Origin: an uncultured bacterium
Lineage (GTDB): Bacteria > Chloroflexota > UBA5177 > JANWHV01
DNA length: 64,000 nt
Assembly: GCA_963827235.1 (NCBI GenBank)
Contig: CAWHAE010000017.1
Coordinates: 1-64,000 of the forward strand
Direction: 5' to 3'
The notes under the pieces: model-generated
What the model was told of the DNA's origin: nothing
Databases searched by the model: none
What the model saw: only the letters and a program-made list of their open reading frames with translations
Shown: positions 19,086 to 28,700 of the stretch, one piece after another
Numbering within the stretch: position 1 is the first letter of the stretch
Layout of the letters: the number at the start of each line of letters is the position of its first letter
Translations under genes and position numbers: made by a program

Positions 19086-20297
19086 ATGAGCGATGAGGCA
19101 CACTCTGAGGGCGCCCTGGCGGATGTGCTTGTGCTCGATCTGTCGCGCGATCTGGCCGCGCCGCTCGTTGGGCAGATCATGGGAGACCTGGGAGCCCAGG
19201 TGATCAAAGTCGAGCACCCGGTCACGGGAGACGAGACGCGCGATTGGGGACCTCCGTTCGTAGGGGAGCAGTCCGTTTACTTCCTGGCCTTCAACCGCAA
19301 CAAGCGCGCCATGACACTGGACCTCAAGCATCGGGAAGGCCGGGCAATCGCACGTGACCTGGTGCGGCGTGCCGACGTGGTGGTAGAGAACTTTCGGGGC
19401 GAGACGGCCGAACGGCTCGGCGTCTCGCCCGAGGCCGTGCGGGAGCTCAATCCACGCGCCGTCCACCTGACAGTCAGTGGATTCGGGCGCCAAGGGCTCG
19501 GGGCGTCGCGTCCTGGGTATGATCTTATGATCCAGGGTCTCGCGGGTCTGATGAGCATCACCGGCTCGCCCGATGGACCTCCCACGCGCGTCGGGCTGCC
19601 TATCGTCGATATTCTCACCGGCCTCTACGGTGCAACCGCGGTGCTGGCCGCGTTGCATGACCGAGAGCGGACGGGACAGGGACAGTGGATCGATCTGTCG
19701 CTCTACGATGTGGCGACCACGAGTCTCTTCAACGTCGCCGCTTCCTATCTGAACACGGGACGTGAGCCGAAGCGGCATGGCAATGCGCATCCCAACCTCG
19801 TGCCATACCAGGCCTTTGCTACAAGCGATGGCGCGATCGTCGTGGCCGTGGCTAACGACGCCCAGTGGCGGCGATTCTGCGGCGCCGTCGGGCTTCACGA
19901 GCTGGCGGAGGATGCTCGCTTTGCCACGAACAGCGATCGCGTGCACCGTCGCGAGGAGCTGCTGGCTCCCGTCGAGGCCCGATTGCTCAGCAAGAGCACG
20001 GCCCATTGGGAGGATCTCTTGCGACGTGCCGACGTGCCGGTCGGTCCAATTCGCAGCGTATCCGCGGCATTGGCCGATCCCGCCGTCGCCAGGCGCGGCT
20101 TGGTGTGGGAGGGTCAGGATGCGGCCGGGCGGCCGCTCCGGCAGCTTGGGAGCCCGCTGGGGCATTTCTCGCGCACGCCGGCGCGCATCGACCTGGTACC
20201 GCCCGCTCCCGGCGCCGACACCGCCTGGGTGCTCAGCGCGGTCCTGCACTACGATGAGGAGCGCATCGCGAGTCTTATGGCGGACGGGGTGATATGA
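19086..20297 (+). CDS. CaiB/BaiF family CoA transferase
   Basis: VLDLSR, GDLGAQVIKVE, NRNKRAMTLDLK, ADVVVENFR, PGYDLMIQG. Confidence 0.93.
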   Translation: MSDEAHSEGALADVLVLDLSRDLAAPLVGQIMGDLGAQVIKVEHPVTGDETRDWGPPFVGEQSVYFLAFNRNKRAMTLDLKHREGRAIARDLVRRADVVVENFRGETAERLGVSPEAVRELNPRAVHLTVSGFGRQGLGASRPGYDLMIQGLAGLMSITGSPDGPPTRVGLPIVDILTGLYGATAVLAALHDRERTGQGQWIDLSLYDVATTSLFNVAASYLNTGREPKRHGNAHPNLVPYQAFATSDGAIVVAVANDAQWRRFCGAVGLHELAEDARFATNSDRVHRREELLAPVEARLLSKSTAHWEDLLRRADVPVGPIRSVSAALADPAVARRGLVWEGQDAAGRPLRQLGSPLGHFSRTPARIDLVPPAPGADTAWVLSAVLHYDEERIASLMADGVI

Positions 20298-20319
20298 GTC
20301 GGGGAGGAGCAGAGAACCA

Positions 20320-20781
20320 ATGCCGCTTTATTACGAGGACCTGGAGGTTGGACAGGTCTATACCAGCCAGGCGCGCACGGTTACGGAGGCAGATCTGGTT
20401 GGCTTCGCCATGCTGTCCGGAGACTGGAATCCTCTACACACTGATGCGCAGTTCGCGGCCTCCACGCGCTATGGCCAGAGGATCGTGCATGGGATCTTCG
20501 GCATGGCGCTGCTCACCGGCTTGCTCGATCGCGCCGGATGGTTCAGCGGCTCGGCCATCGCCTTGCTCGAGATCTCCAACTGGCGATTCGTCGCCCCCAT
20601 CTTTATCGGCGACACCCTGCATTGCACGATGGAGGTGGCCGCGAAGCGCCTGACCAGCAGCGGCGACCGCGGCATTATCGATCGCCGGCTGGCATTACTC
20701 AACGACCGCGATGAAACCGTGCAGCAGGGACATATCGGGCTGATGGTGAGGCGACGTGAGCGGCCCGAGGGAGGCGCATGA
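20320..20781 (+). CDS. MaoC-family dehydratase
   Basis: [37 protein letters not shown]. Confidence 0.92.
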   Translation: MPLYYEDLEVGQVYTSQARTVTEADLVGFAMLSGDWNPLHTDAQFAASTRYGQRIVHGIFGMALLTGLLDRAGWFSGSAIALLEISNWRFVAPIFIGDTLHCTMEVAAKRLTSSGDRGIIDRRLALLNDRDETVQQGHIGLMVRRRERPEGGA

Positions 20782-21527
20782 GCATGAAGCTACTCGAGCA
20801 TCGCGTGGCAGCCGTGACTGGCGCGGCGCAGGGAATCGGCTTCGCGATCGCCCATGCCTTTGCCATACATGGTGCGAGCGTAGTCCTCGCCGACTCGAAC
20901 GGCGAGGCAGTCGAGGAGGCGCGGTCCCGACTGGCAGCACTCGGCGTGCCCGCGTTAGCCGTGGAAGTAGACGTACGGGATCCCGCCGGCGTCGATCGCA
21001 TGGTGCAGATGGCGGTCACCACGCTGGGCGGCTTGGACGTGTTGGTCAACAACGCCGGCGTCACGCGAGACGCCACGCTGCGCACGATGAGCATAGAGCA
21101 GTGGCAGACCGTGATCGACGTGCATCTGACCGGTACCTTTCTCGGCATGCGTGCCGCCTCGCTCGTGATGCGAGAACGCAAACGCGGCTCGATTATCAAT
21201 GTCTCGTCGATTTCCGGCAAGGTGGGCCTCGTGGGCCAGACCAACTACAGCGCGGCCAAGGCCGGGATCGTGGGGCTGACCAAAGCGGCCGCCAAGGAGC
21301 TGGCGCATCACGGCGTGCGGGTCAACGCCATCCAACCGGGCCTGATCCGGACCTCCATGACCGCCTCGCTGCGCGACGACATTTGGCAGCAGAAGCTGGC
21401 CGAGATTCCGATGGGTCGCGCCGGCCAGCCCGAAGAGGTTGCCTCCGTGGCCCTGTTCCTGGCCAGCGATTGGTCGAGCTACATGACCGGAGCCGTGCTC
21501 GAAGTGACCGGGGGCAGGTACATGTGA
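20778..21527 (+). CDS. SDR oxidoreductase, FabG-like
   Basis: [30 protein letters not shown]. Confidence 0.92.
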   Translation: MSMKLLEHRVAAVTGAAQGIGFAIAHAFAIHGASVVLADSNGEAVEEARSRLAALGVPALAVEVDVRDPAGVDRMVQMAVTTLGGLDVLVNNAGVTRDATLRTMSIEQWQTVIDVHLTGTFLGMRAASLVMRERKRGSIINVSSISGKVGLVGQTNYSAAKAGIVGLTKAAAKELAHHGVRVNAIQPGLIRTSMTASLRDDIWQQKLAEIPMGRAGQPEEVASVALFLASDWSSYMTGAVLEVTGGRYM

Positions 21528-22940
21528 TCAGCGATCGAGCGGTGCGGGCCGGCGCAGAGCATCCACCTTGCCGGCAAATGGCGGATACCGCTGAGCCATC
21601 GTGTCATTCGGCGTCTGGTAGAACACGGCGCGCTCGTGAGAGAATGCCCTGAATCCGAAAACGCCGTGGTAGCTCCCCAGTCCACTTGCGTTGACGCCGC
21701 CGAACGGCAGGCGCCGCTCGCTGAGATGCACCATCACGTCGTTGACGCAGGCACCGCCCGACGTGGAGCGCCGCAGAACATCCTCGACGAAGGCGTCGTC
21801 GGCGCTGAACACATACAGGGCGAGCGGCTTGCTCCCCGCGTCCACGTGGGCCAGCGCTTCGTCGACGCGCCTGTAAGTGAGCACCGGCAGGATGGGACCG
21901 AACACCTCCTCCTGCATGATCAGCATGTCGTCGGTCACGTCGGCCAACACCGCGGGATGCACGGTTCGCGTCGCGCGATCGAACACGCCGCCGAGCACCA
22001 CCGTGGCACCCTTCCGCACTGCGTCGTCGAAGAGACGCTGCAGGCGATCGAAATGTCGCTCGCTGACGATCTGGGAGATGTCGCGCTCATTGAGCGTGCC
22101 GTCCTCCGTGTAGTAGGCGCGCCGCACAAACGCCTGTACCTTCTCGAGGAAGGCGTCGCGCTTGGTCTCCTCGACAAAGACGTGGTCCGGCGCCACACAG
22201 GTCTGCCCCGCGTTCGCGAACTTCCCCCACGCTATCTTCGCGGCCGCCCGGTCGAGGTCGGCAGTAGCATCGACGATCGCGGGCGATTTCCCCCCGAGCT
22301 CGAGTGTCACCGACGCCAGGTGCTTCGCCGCGGCCTGCATCACGATCCTGCCGACTGCAGAGTTGCCGGTATAGAAGATGTGGTCGAACGGCAAGCCGAG
22401 AAGCGCCGTGGCAACGTCGGCCGCGCCCTCAAACAGAGCGACCTCACTCTCGTCGAAGGCCTCGCGCGCGATCTTTGCCGAAAGCCGGCTGGTAGCCGGC
22501 GTCAGCTCCGACGGCTTGAGCATGCAGCAATTGCCCGCGGCAATGGCCGCCACGAGCGGATTGAAGAGCAACTGAAAGGGATAGTTCCACGGTGAGATGA
22601 TCAAGCATACGCCCCGTGGCTCATAGCGCAGCATGGCGCGCGCGCCATGGTTGTGCGGCGAGGGCTCTATCTCCACGTCGCGCATCCAGGTATCCAGTCC
22701 GGCGACTGCCATGTCGATTTCAGCGTAGACGGCGCCGATCTCGCTGAGGGCCACCTCGAGCGCGGGCTTCCGGAAGTCTTCGTCGAGCGCCGCGTAGATC
22801 CCATCTTCGTTGGCACGAATCGTATGTTTCAGGTGAGTCAGCTTATCGCGTCGCTCCTCCGCCGTGGACGCTTTCACCGTGTGCCTGTATCCTCGCTGCA
22901 CCGCGAATACACGGCCTATCGCGCGCTCACTCTCGATCAT
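21528..22940 (-). CDS. Aldehyde dehydrogenase (ALDH3-like)
   Basis: ISPWNYPF, LKPSE, LELGGKSP, NAGQTCVAPD, EEVFGPILP, PFGG. Confidence 0.95.
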   Translation of the reverse strand: MIESERAIGRVFAVQRGYRHTVKASTAEERRDKLTHLKHTIRANEDGIYAALDEDFRKPALEVALSEIGAVYAEIDMAVAGLDTWMRDVEIEPSPHNHGARAMLRYEPRGVCLIISPWNYPFQLLFNPLVAAIAAGNCCMLKPSELTPATSRLSAKIAREAFDESEVALFEGAADVATALLGLPFDHIFYTGNSAVGRIVMQAAAKHLASVTLELGGKSPAIVDATADLDRAAAKIAWGKFANAGQTCVAPDHVFVEETKRDAFLEKVQAFVRRAYYTEDGTLNERDISQIVSERHFDRLQRLFDDAVRKGATVVLGGVFDRATRTVHPAVLADVTDDMLIMQEEVFGPILPVLTYRRVDEALAHVDAGSKPLALYVFSADDAFVEDVLRRSTSGGACVNDVMVHLSERRLPFGGVNASGLGSYHGVFGFRAFSHERAVFYQTPNDTMAQRYPPFAGKVDALRRPAPLDR

Positions 22941-23139
22941 CTCTTCTTCCCGGCTAGTACTTCACACCCTGATTCCAGATTCTGCCGTGGCTCGTGGTAT
23001 GTCAAGCGTGCAGGGCACGGCCAGGTCGCAGGCACTTGGACTCGGCGCGGCGACAGCCAGGTATCTTGGAGGGGGGCAGCCCAGGCAACTGCCGGGCGCT
23101 GAACTGTGCGGTAGGCGTCAGTGTGGTAAGGAGTACAGG

Positions 23140-24105
23140 ATGTCCGTTCGATTTGGCGTGTTCGTGCCCCAGGGCTGGCGCATGGATTTGGTGGAGATCG
23201 AGGACCCGATCGAGCAGTACGAGACGATGACGCGCGTCGCGCAAGCCGCCGATCGGGAGGAGGGCTGGGACTCCATCTGGGTATTCGACCACTTTCATAC
23301 CGTACCCACGCCCGAGATCGAGACCACGTTTGAGTGCTGGACGATCACGGCGACGCTCGCTCGCGACACCAAGCGAGTGAAGATCGGCCAGATGGTCACC
23401 TGCAACGGCTACCGAAACCCAGCCCTCTATGCCAAGCTGGCTTCGACGGTCGACGTGGCGAGCCACGGGCGACTCTACGCCGGCATCGGCGCGGGTTGGT
23501 ACGAGCACGAGTGGCGCGCCTACGGATATGGCTTCCCGGAGACACGCGAGCGTCTGGCCAGACTGCGTGAGGCGTGCGAAATCATTCACCGCATGTGGAC
23601 CGAACAGTACCCGGTGTTCCAGGGAAAGTATTATTCGATCGACCGCCCAATCAACGAGCCCAGAGGGGTGCAGAAACCGCATCCGCCGTTGTGGATCGGT
23701 GGCGGCGGTGAGAAAGTCACGCTCAAGCTCGTCGCACGATGGGGCGATGCCTGCAATGTGGGTCCCGACCCGGAGAGCGTGCGCCACAAGCTGGCGGTGC
23801 TCAAGCAGCACTGCGAGACGCTCGGGCGAGACTACGGCACGATCATCAAGTCGACCGGAGTCACCGTGCATCTGGTGGAGAGCATGGCGACGGCCGAGCA
23901 AGAAACGGCACGGGCGCGCGGCAGCCAGTCATACGACGACTATGCGCGGCAGGCGATCGTCGGCACCCCCGACCGCGTACGGGAGCGACTGCAGGAATAC
24001 GTGGACGTGGGCGTCGAGTACTTCGTCGTGTCCATTCCGCGCAATGCCTACGACCAGGAGCCGCAGACCCGCTTCGCCCGCGAAGTGATACCGCACTTCG
24101 CATAG
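23140..24105 (+). CDS. LLM-class, probably F420-dependent, oxidoreductase
   Basis: FGVFVPQGW, WVFDHFH, QMVTCNGYRNPA, GIGAGWYEHE, PPLWIGGGGEK. Confidence 0.9.
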   Translation: MSVRFGVFVPQGWRMDLVEIEDPIEQYETMTRVAQAADREEGWDSIWVFDHFHTVPTPEIETTFECWTITATLARDTKRVKIGQMVTCNGYRNPALYAKLASTVDVASHGRLYAGIGAGWYEHEWRAYGYGFPETRERLARLREACEIIHRMWTEQYPVFQGKYYSIDRPINEPRGVQKPHPPLWIGGGGEKVTLKLVARWGDACNVGPDPESVRHKLAVLKQHCETLGRDYGTIIKSTGVTVHLVESMATAEQETARARGSQSYDDYARQAIVGTPDRVRERLQEYVDVGVEYFVVSIPRNAYDQEPQTRFAREVIPHFA

Positions 24106-24173
24106 CCGGGCTTGCCGTACGGCCGGCGAGCGCTGCTGCCACGAGTGCTTGGCGGCGAGTGTATCCTGCCAGC

Positions 24174-24749
24174 ATGAACTTGGTTGTGCTCTACGGGCCG
24201 CCTGCCGCAGGCAAGCTCACCGTTGCCCGGTCTCTCTCGGCCGTGACCGGCTACGGTGTTCTTCACAATCACCTGACGTTCGAGCTGGTCCGGACGATCT
24301 ATGCTCCCCACGATGAGCGATTCTTTCCCCTTAATGCGGAGCTGCGCTTGCGGATGGTGACAGAGGGCGCGGAGCACGGGTGCCCAGGACTCATCCTCAC
24401 CTGCGTGATCGCCGCCAACTCCCGCAGCGATACCCGCTTCGTCCACGATGTGCTGCAGACTATCTCGTCCCATGGCGGCCGCGCCTGCTTCGTCCAGCTG
24501 CGGTGCGAGGCCGGCGAGTTGGAACGCCGTGTCACAGGGCCGGATCGGCTGGCCGCCGGGAAGCAGTCCAGCGTCAAGATGCTGCGCGCCTACCTGCAGC
24601 GCTGGGATGTCCTGGCCGCCATTCCGGACGTACCGAGCCTCCTGCTGGACACCACCCACCTGCAGCCGGGGGAAGCCGCATGGCGGATCGCACGCCACCT
24701 CGGGCTAGCCGATCGAGGACCTCGCCGGCCGTTGCCGGACAGATCGTAG
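24174..24749 (+). CDS. Small P-loop kinase-like protein (AAA/shikimate kinase-like)
   Basis: MNLVVLYGPPAAGKLT, HNH, ELERRV, LLDTTHLQP. Confidence 0.8.
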   Translation: MNLVVLYGPPAAGKLTVARSLSAVTGYGVLHNHLTFELVRTIYAPHDERFFPLNAELRLRMVTEGAEHGCPGLILTCVIAANSRSDTRFVHDVLQTISSHGGRACFVQLRCEAGELERRVTGPDRLAAGKQSSVKMLRAYLQRWDVLAAIPDVPSLLLDTTHLQPGEAAWRIARHLGLADRGPRRPLPDRS

Positions 24750-24776
24750 ATCCGTCGTCGGGATCATCCGCGTGCT

Positions 24777-25718
24777 TCAGGTGGCCACGCGCAGCACCGC
24801 CTTGCCGGCATAGTGCCTGTTGGTCAATTGCTGCGCCACCTCCGCAATCTTCTCCCAGGGCGCTTCCACGCTGATCAGCGGGCGCAGCCGGCCTTCCTTC
24901 ACCAGCCTTGCCAGTCGCGCCAGGCCGGCGGGTATCGGTTTGACTTGCGCCTCGTGGAACAGGATGAAGCCGTACAGCGTCACCCCACCTGTGGCATAGA
25001 AGCGCGACACGTTGAACGTGACCTCAGATCCTTCCGAGGCGCCGAACGCCACGCAGGTGCTGCCCGGCGCCGCCATGGCCAGCACGTTGGCCAGCGTGCG
25101 GCCGCCGACCGAATCCAGAATGTGGTCGAACGGTCCGTAGGCAGCGGCCCCCGAGGCATCGTCGGTTACTACCACGTGGTCGACGCCGGCGCTCCGCACC
25201 ATCTCGACCTGGTCCCCGCGTCGTACCACGGCGGTGACGCGCGCGCCCGCTTCGTGGGCGAGCTGGCAGGCGAAATACCCTACACCACCCGTGGCTCCGG
25301 TAACCAACACCGCTCGGTCCAGCAAGGGGCCACCGTGTTCCAGGGCGTACAGGGCGGTCAATCCGGCTACCGGCAGCGTCGCCGCCTGCGAAAAGGTCAC
25401 CTCATCCGGCAGTGCGGCGAGGGCGCGCGTGGGTACCGCCACGACCTCTGCCCAGGCCGCGGATGGCAAGAAGCCGACCACGCGTGTGTCGACCGGCGGG
25501 CCGGAGCCGTCGGGCGCTGCGCGCTCCACGGTGCCGGCAAGGTCCCACCCCGGCCGCCATCCTGCCTCGGCGCTCAGCGTGCGGCGTACCTCGCCCCGAT
25601 TCAGCGAAATGGCGGCCACGCGCACGACTGCCTCCGACGGAGCAGGATCGGGATCACCTACATCAGCCAACGCCAGCCTTCCGTCTACATGCGGATCGAC
25701 GATCACCGCGCGGATCAT
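24777..25718 (-). CDS. Zn-independent MDR / quinone oxidoreductase-like dehydrogenase
   Basis: [41 protein letters not shown]. Confidence 0.9.
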   Translation of the reverse strand: MIRAVIVDPHVDGRLALADVGDPDPAPSEAVVRVAAISLNRGEVRRTLSAEAGWRPGWDLAGTVERAAPDGSGPPVDTRVVGFLPSAAWAEVVAVPTRALAALPDEVTFSQAATLPVAGLTALYALEHGGPLLDRAVLVTGATGGVGYFACQLAHEAGARVTAVVRRGDQVEMVRSAGVDHVVVTDDASGAAAYGPFDHILDSVGGRTLANVLAMAAPGSTCVAFGASEGSEVTFNVSRFYATGGVTLYGFILFHEAQVKPIPAGLARLARLVKEGRLRPLISVEAPWEKIAEVAQQLTNRHYAGKAVLRVAT

Positions 25719-25844
25719 ATGTCTACCCTTCCGAGTACTCAGTTCGCGCATGATGCGCTATTCCCGTTATAGCAAGATGCGCCGGACGTGTGGCAAACAG
25801 ACGGAATGCGCGCCCGCGAATCGCGGCTGGTTTGTACTGCTACC

Positions 25845-26172
25845 GACAGTACTGTCCCATGGACCGGAGTCATAGACCGTGATCGCTTTGGCATCGTTCC
25901 ACTGATCTTGGGTAGGCAGCGTGCCGGATGGGAGGAGCTGGGTATCCCGCTCCAGTTGCCGGCGAAGATAGGGCTGCTTGGTTTCGGGAGGTGCCATGAA
26001 GTTGTCGCCCCAGATCCTGCCCCAAAACAAGAACTTCTTCCGCGAACGGTAGTTGATCCGGTCCCAGTAGGGCAACGTCAAGTCGCTCGGTGCGCCCGTC
26101 AGAGCCGCGTCAGCAGTCCGCAGTTCGTTCTCGAAATCCAGGATGAAGTGTCGATGCCACGGCGGGATTGAC
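25845..26172 (-). pseudogene. Tyrosinase internal fragment (CuA region)
   Basis: Extending ORF 25767-26081 upstream gives IPPWHRHFILDFENELR...LTLPYWDR...LRRQL...LPT...YDSGPWDS. An in-frame stop lies just upstream and there is no CuB motif. Confidence 0.75.
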
Positions 26173-26672
26173 GTCCTCGACCGCTATGCACCCTCGCCGC
26201 CCGCCCTGCAGCGGGCCAACCTTGAAGTAGCCGTTCAGGTTACCGGCGCGTTCCTGCACCTGGAGAGGGACTGTGCCCGCCTGCCACGCCCGATCCCACG
26301 GTGACCAATGCGACGCCGGAGGCCACGGAGGACGGCAAGCTGGAGATGGCTACGGCAGCACTCGAGGCAGTCCCGGCGAGTCTGATCACCGCGTTGCCCG
26401 TCCCCCGACCCTTTCTGCGGTGGTTGCTCGACCGGCGCTCCCAATCGCGACCTGTGCGTCGTCGGCAACCACTGCCGGAGGCCGAGTCTGCCCGCGCCTC
26501 ATGCGGCGACAACGCGCGGCATTCCCAATGGATCACTCTTGCAGCCCCCACGTGATCAGGCTGCGCCGTCAGGTACATGCCCTGTCGCCGGTAGGCGAAC
26601 GCCTGCGCCGAGGGCAGAGTCCCGGCTAGACAACGCCTCGGAGGTGTGCCGGCATGTTGCCGGATGCGGTTC

Positions 26673-27023
26673 ATGCACATAAAGAGAGTAAAGGCGACAC
26701 CCAAGGAGGTCCGCATCGACCGCGCGACAAACCAGTTCTACTTCACGGGCGTCTGGACCAACAGTTACGAAGCGGATCAGCATCTGTCCTACAACGAGAC
26801 GGCCGACATGCCAGTGTGCTGGTCGTTCATGGGCTATGCGTCGGGTTGGAGCTCCGCATTTTGGGGCGGCCCGCTGTTAGCGATCGAGCCGGTGTGTGTC
26901 GGTAAGGGTGATAGTCACTGTGAGTGGCTCATCAAGCCCCTGGGCGAGTGGGGCCCTGAGGCCACCCCGTACATCGCGGCGTTGCAGGACCAGTTCAAGA
27001 GCGACTTCAATGTGAGCCTGTAG
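26673..27023 (+). pseudogene. XylR-N/V4R small-molecule-binding domain, 5' truncated
   Basis: WTNSYEADQHL...PVCWSFMGYASGWSSAFWG..LLAIEPVCVGKGDSHC; the N-terminal part of the domain and an RBS are missing. Confidence 0.75.
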
Positions 27024-27040
27024 TTGGGAGGCGAAACGAA

Positions 27041-27232
27041 ATGGCCGAGCGACTGCTGCAATATTACAAGTACGTGTCCGAGACGGTCGGCTTCGAAGGC
27101 AAGATGCAACTAGCAAAGATCACCAAGATCCCATCTATAGAAGCGGCACGCGTTCCCGACACAGCTGAGAACCTCGCTGTGTTCAAGAAGGCGGTTGAGC
27201 AGCTGACCGGCAAGAAGCCGCCGGTCTTCTAG
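27041..27232 (+). CDS. Small 63-aa hypothetical protein
   Basis: GGAGG RBS; natural-looking MAERLLQYYKYV...KMQLAKITKIPSIEAARVPDTAENL; directly follows the V4R gene. Confidence 0.75.
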   Translation: MAERLLQYYKYVSETVGFEGKMQLAKITKIPSIEAARVPDTAENLAVFKKAVEQLTGKKPPVF

Positions 27233-27414
27233 CTGGTCTGGTAGGCGTTTTCCGGTAACGTATCGGGACTCGGAGCGCACGTGCGTCGTGCAGCGCGGTG
27301 TGATCCTCATGCTGCGGCGTCGGCGCAAAGCGGGCGTGATGGGCAAGTTGGACCCCATCGCCTGCACAGTTGTGCGCCCCGCTGACCCCCACAGTTTATC
27401 CGTGGCTCGGACGG

Positions 27415-28410
27415 TCAGGATGAACCCTGACCCTGCTGTGCGTGCCAGGCTGCCAAGACTGCGCGTTCGCGTTCCGAAGACAGCCCCGCTCCGCGTGCCG
27501 CATCCGCTGGACGCGTCCAGTCCCACGCGAGAGTATCCCGGATGGTGTCGTCCAGCGGCCGGACGACGAGACCGGCGTCCCAGGCTTTGGCGCAGTTGAT
27601 CGTCATCTCCTGGCCCGGGATCCACAGGGGGACTTCAGACCAGGGTGCAAGACCCTGCGCCAAAAGGAATGGGTCCGGAATCCAGGTGAACCACGCGTCA
27701 TTGCTCGCAGCGGCCTGACAGGCGGCAAGCAGGGTCTCCATACGTAGCTCGCTCTTGGGGCCGGTGATGTTGAAAGTGCCCGTCCGGTTCTCCTCGACCA
27801 TTCGCACGGTCCAGGACGCCAGGTCACGCACATCGATGCACTGCACCCGCGCTTCTGGTCGCCCCGGAGCCAGCACCTCACCTCCCAGGGCGAGTCGACG
27901 CGGCCAGTAGGTAAAGCGATCGGTGGGGTCGTAGGGGCCCACGATCAAGCCTGGCCGGATGACCAGCGCTCGACCGGGGAGCGCGGCTGCGACTTCCTGC
28001 TCGCAGAGGGCCTTGAGCGGGCCGTAGTACTCTGAGGTGACGGCTTCGCACATTGGATCCGGCAGGCTCGCCACCTGTGCCTGCTCATCGAGATCCGGGA
28101 GCGTTAGGTCGGCGTAGACGGAGATGCTGGAAGCGAAGACATAGCAGCCCACCGCCCTCGCCAGCACGTCGGCCGAGGCACGGACGATCCGCGGCACAAA
28201 GCCGCACGTGTCAATCACCGCATCCCAGCTCCGGCCACGCAGGGTGGATAGGTCTCCGTCCCGGTCGCCGACCAATCGCTCCACGTCGGGAAACAACGTG
28301 GGGTTGTGCCGGCCTCGATTGAAGATCGTTACCGCATGTCCTCTACCGAGAGCAGCCTCCACGATATGGCGTCCGAGGAAGACGGTACCGCCCAGGACCA
28401 GCATTCGCAC
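27415..28410 (-). CDS. NAD-dependent epimerase/isoflavone reductase-like protein
   Basis: LVLGGTVFLG, FNRG, SSISVY, YGPLKALCE, IRPGLIVGPYDPTDRFTYW. Confidence 0.9.
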   Translation of the reverse strand: MRMLVLGGTVFLGRHIVEAALGRGHAVTIFNRGRHNPTLFPDVERLVGDRDGDLSTLRGRSWDAVIDTCGFVPRIVRASADVLARAVGCYVFASSISVYADLTLPDLDEQAQVASLPDPMCEAVTSEYYGPLKALCEQEVAAALPGRALVIRPGLIVGPYDPTDRFTYWPRRLALGGEVLAPGRPEARVQCIDVRDLASWTVRMVEENRTGTFNITGPKSELRMETLLAACQAAASNDAWFTWIPDPFLLAQGLAPWSEVPLWIPGQEMTINCAKAWDAGLVVRPLDDTIRDTLAWDWTRPADAARGAGLSSERERAVLAAWHAQQGQGSS

Positions 28411-28700
28411 GCACGCACTCCCTGAACGCCAGTGGTGAGTACCAGGCATCGTACTGGCATACCCGCAGCGTAGCGCTTTTCTCCACAACGTACAGCCGTC
28501 GGATGTTCGAACATGGGTCGCGCTCGATTGCCCCACGCCGCCCCAGGGCCCGAAACCTGCCAGTGCTCGCGGCGTGGATCACCTGGGCGGACTACCGTCA
28601 TTTGCGTGGGCTCCCTGGTGTCGCCCGGCTCGGCACTGTCGCTCGAACCGCCATGGCAGCTCCTGGCCGTGTGCGCAGCTAGAGCAGCTCGATCCGTGAC

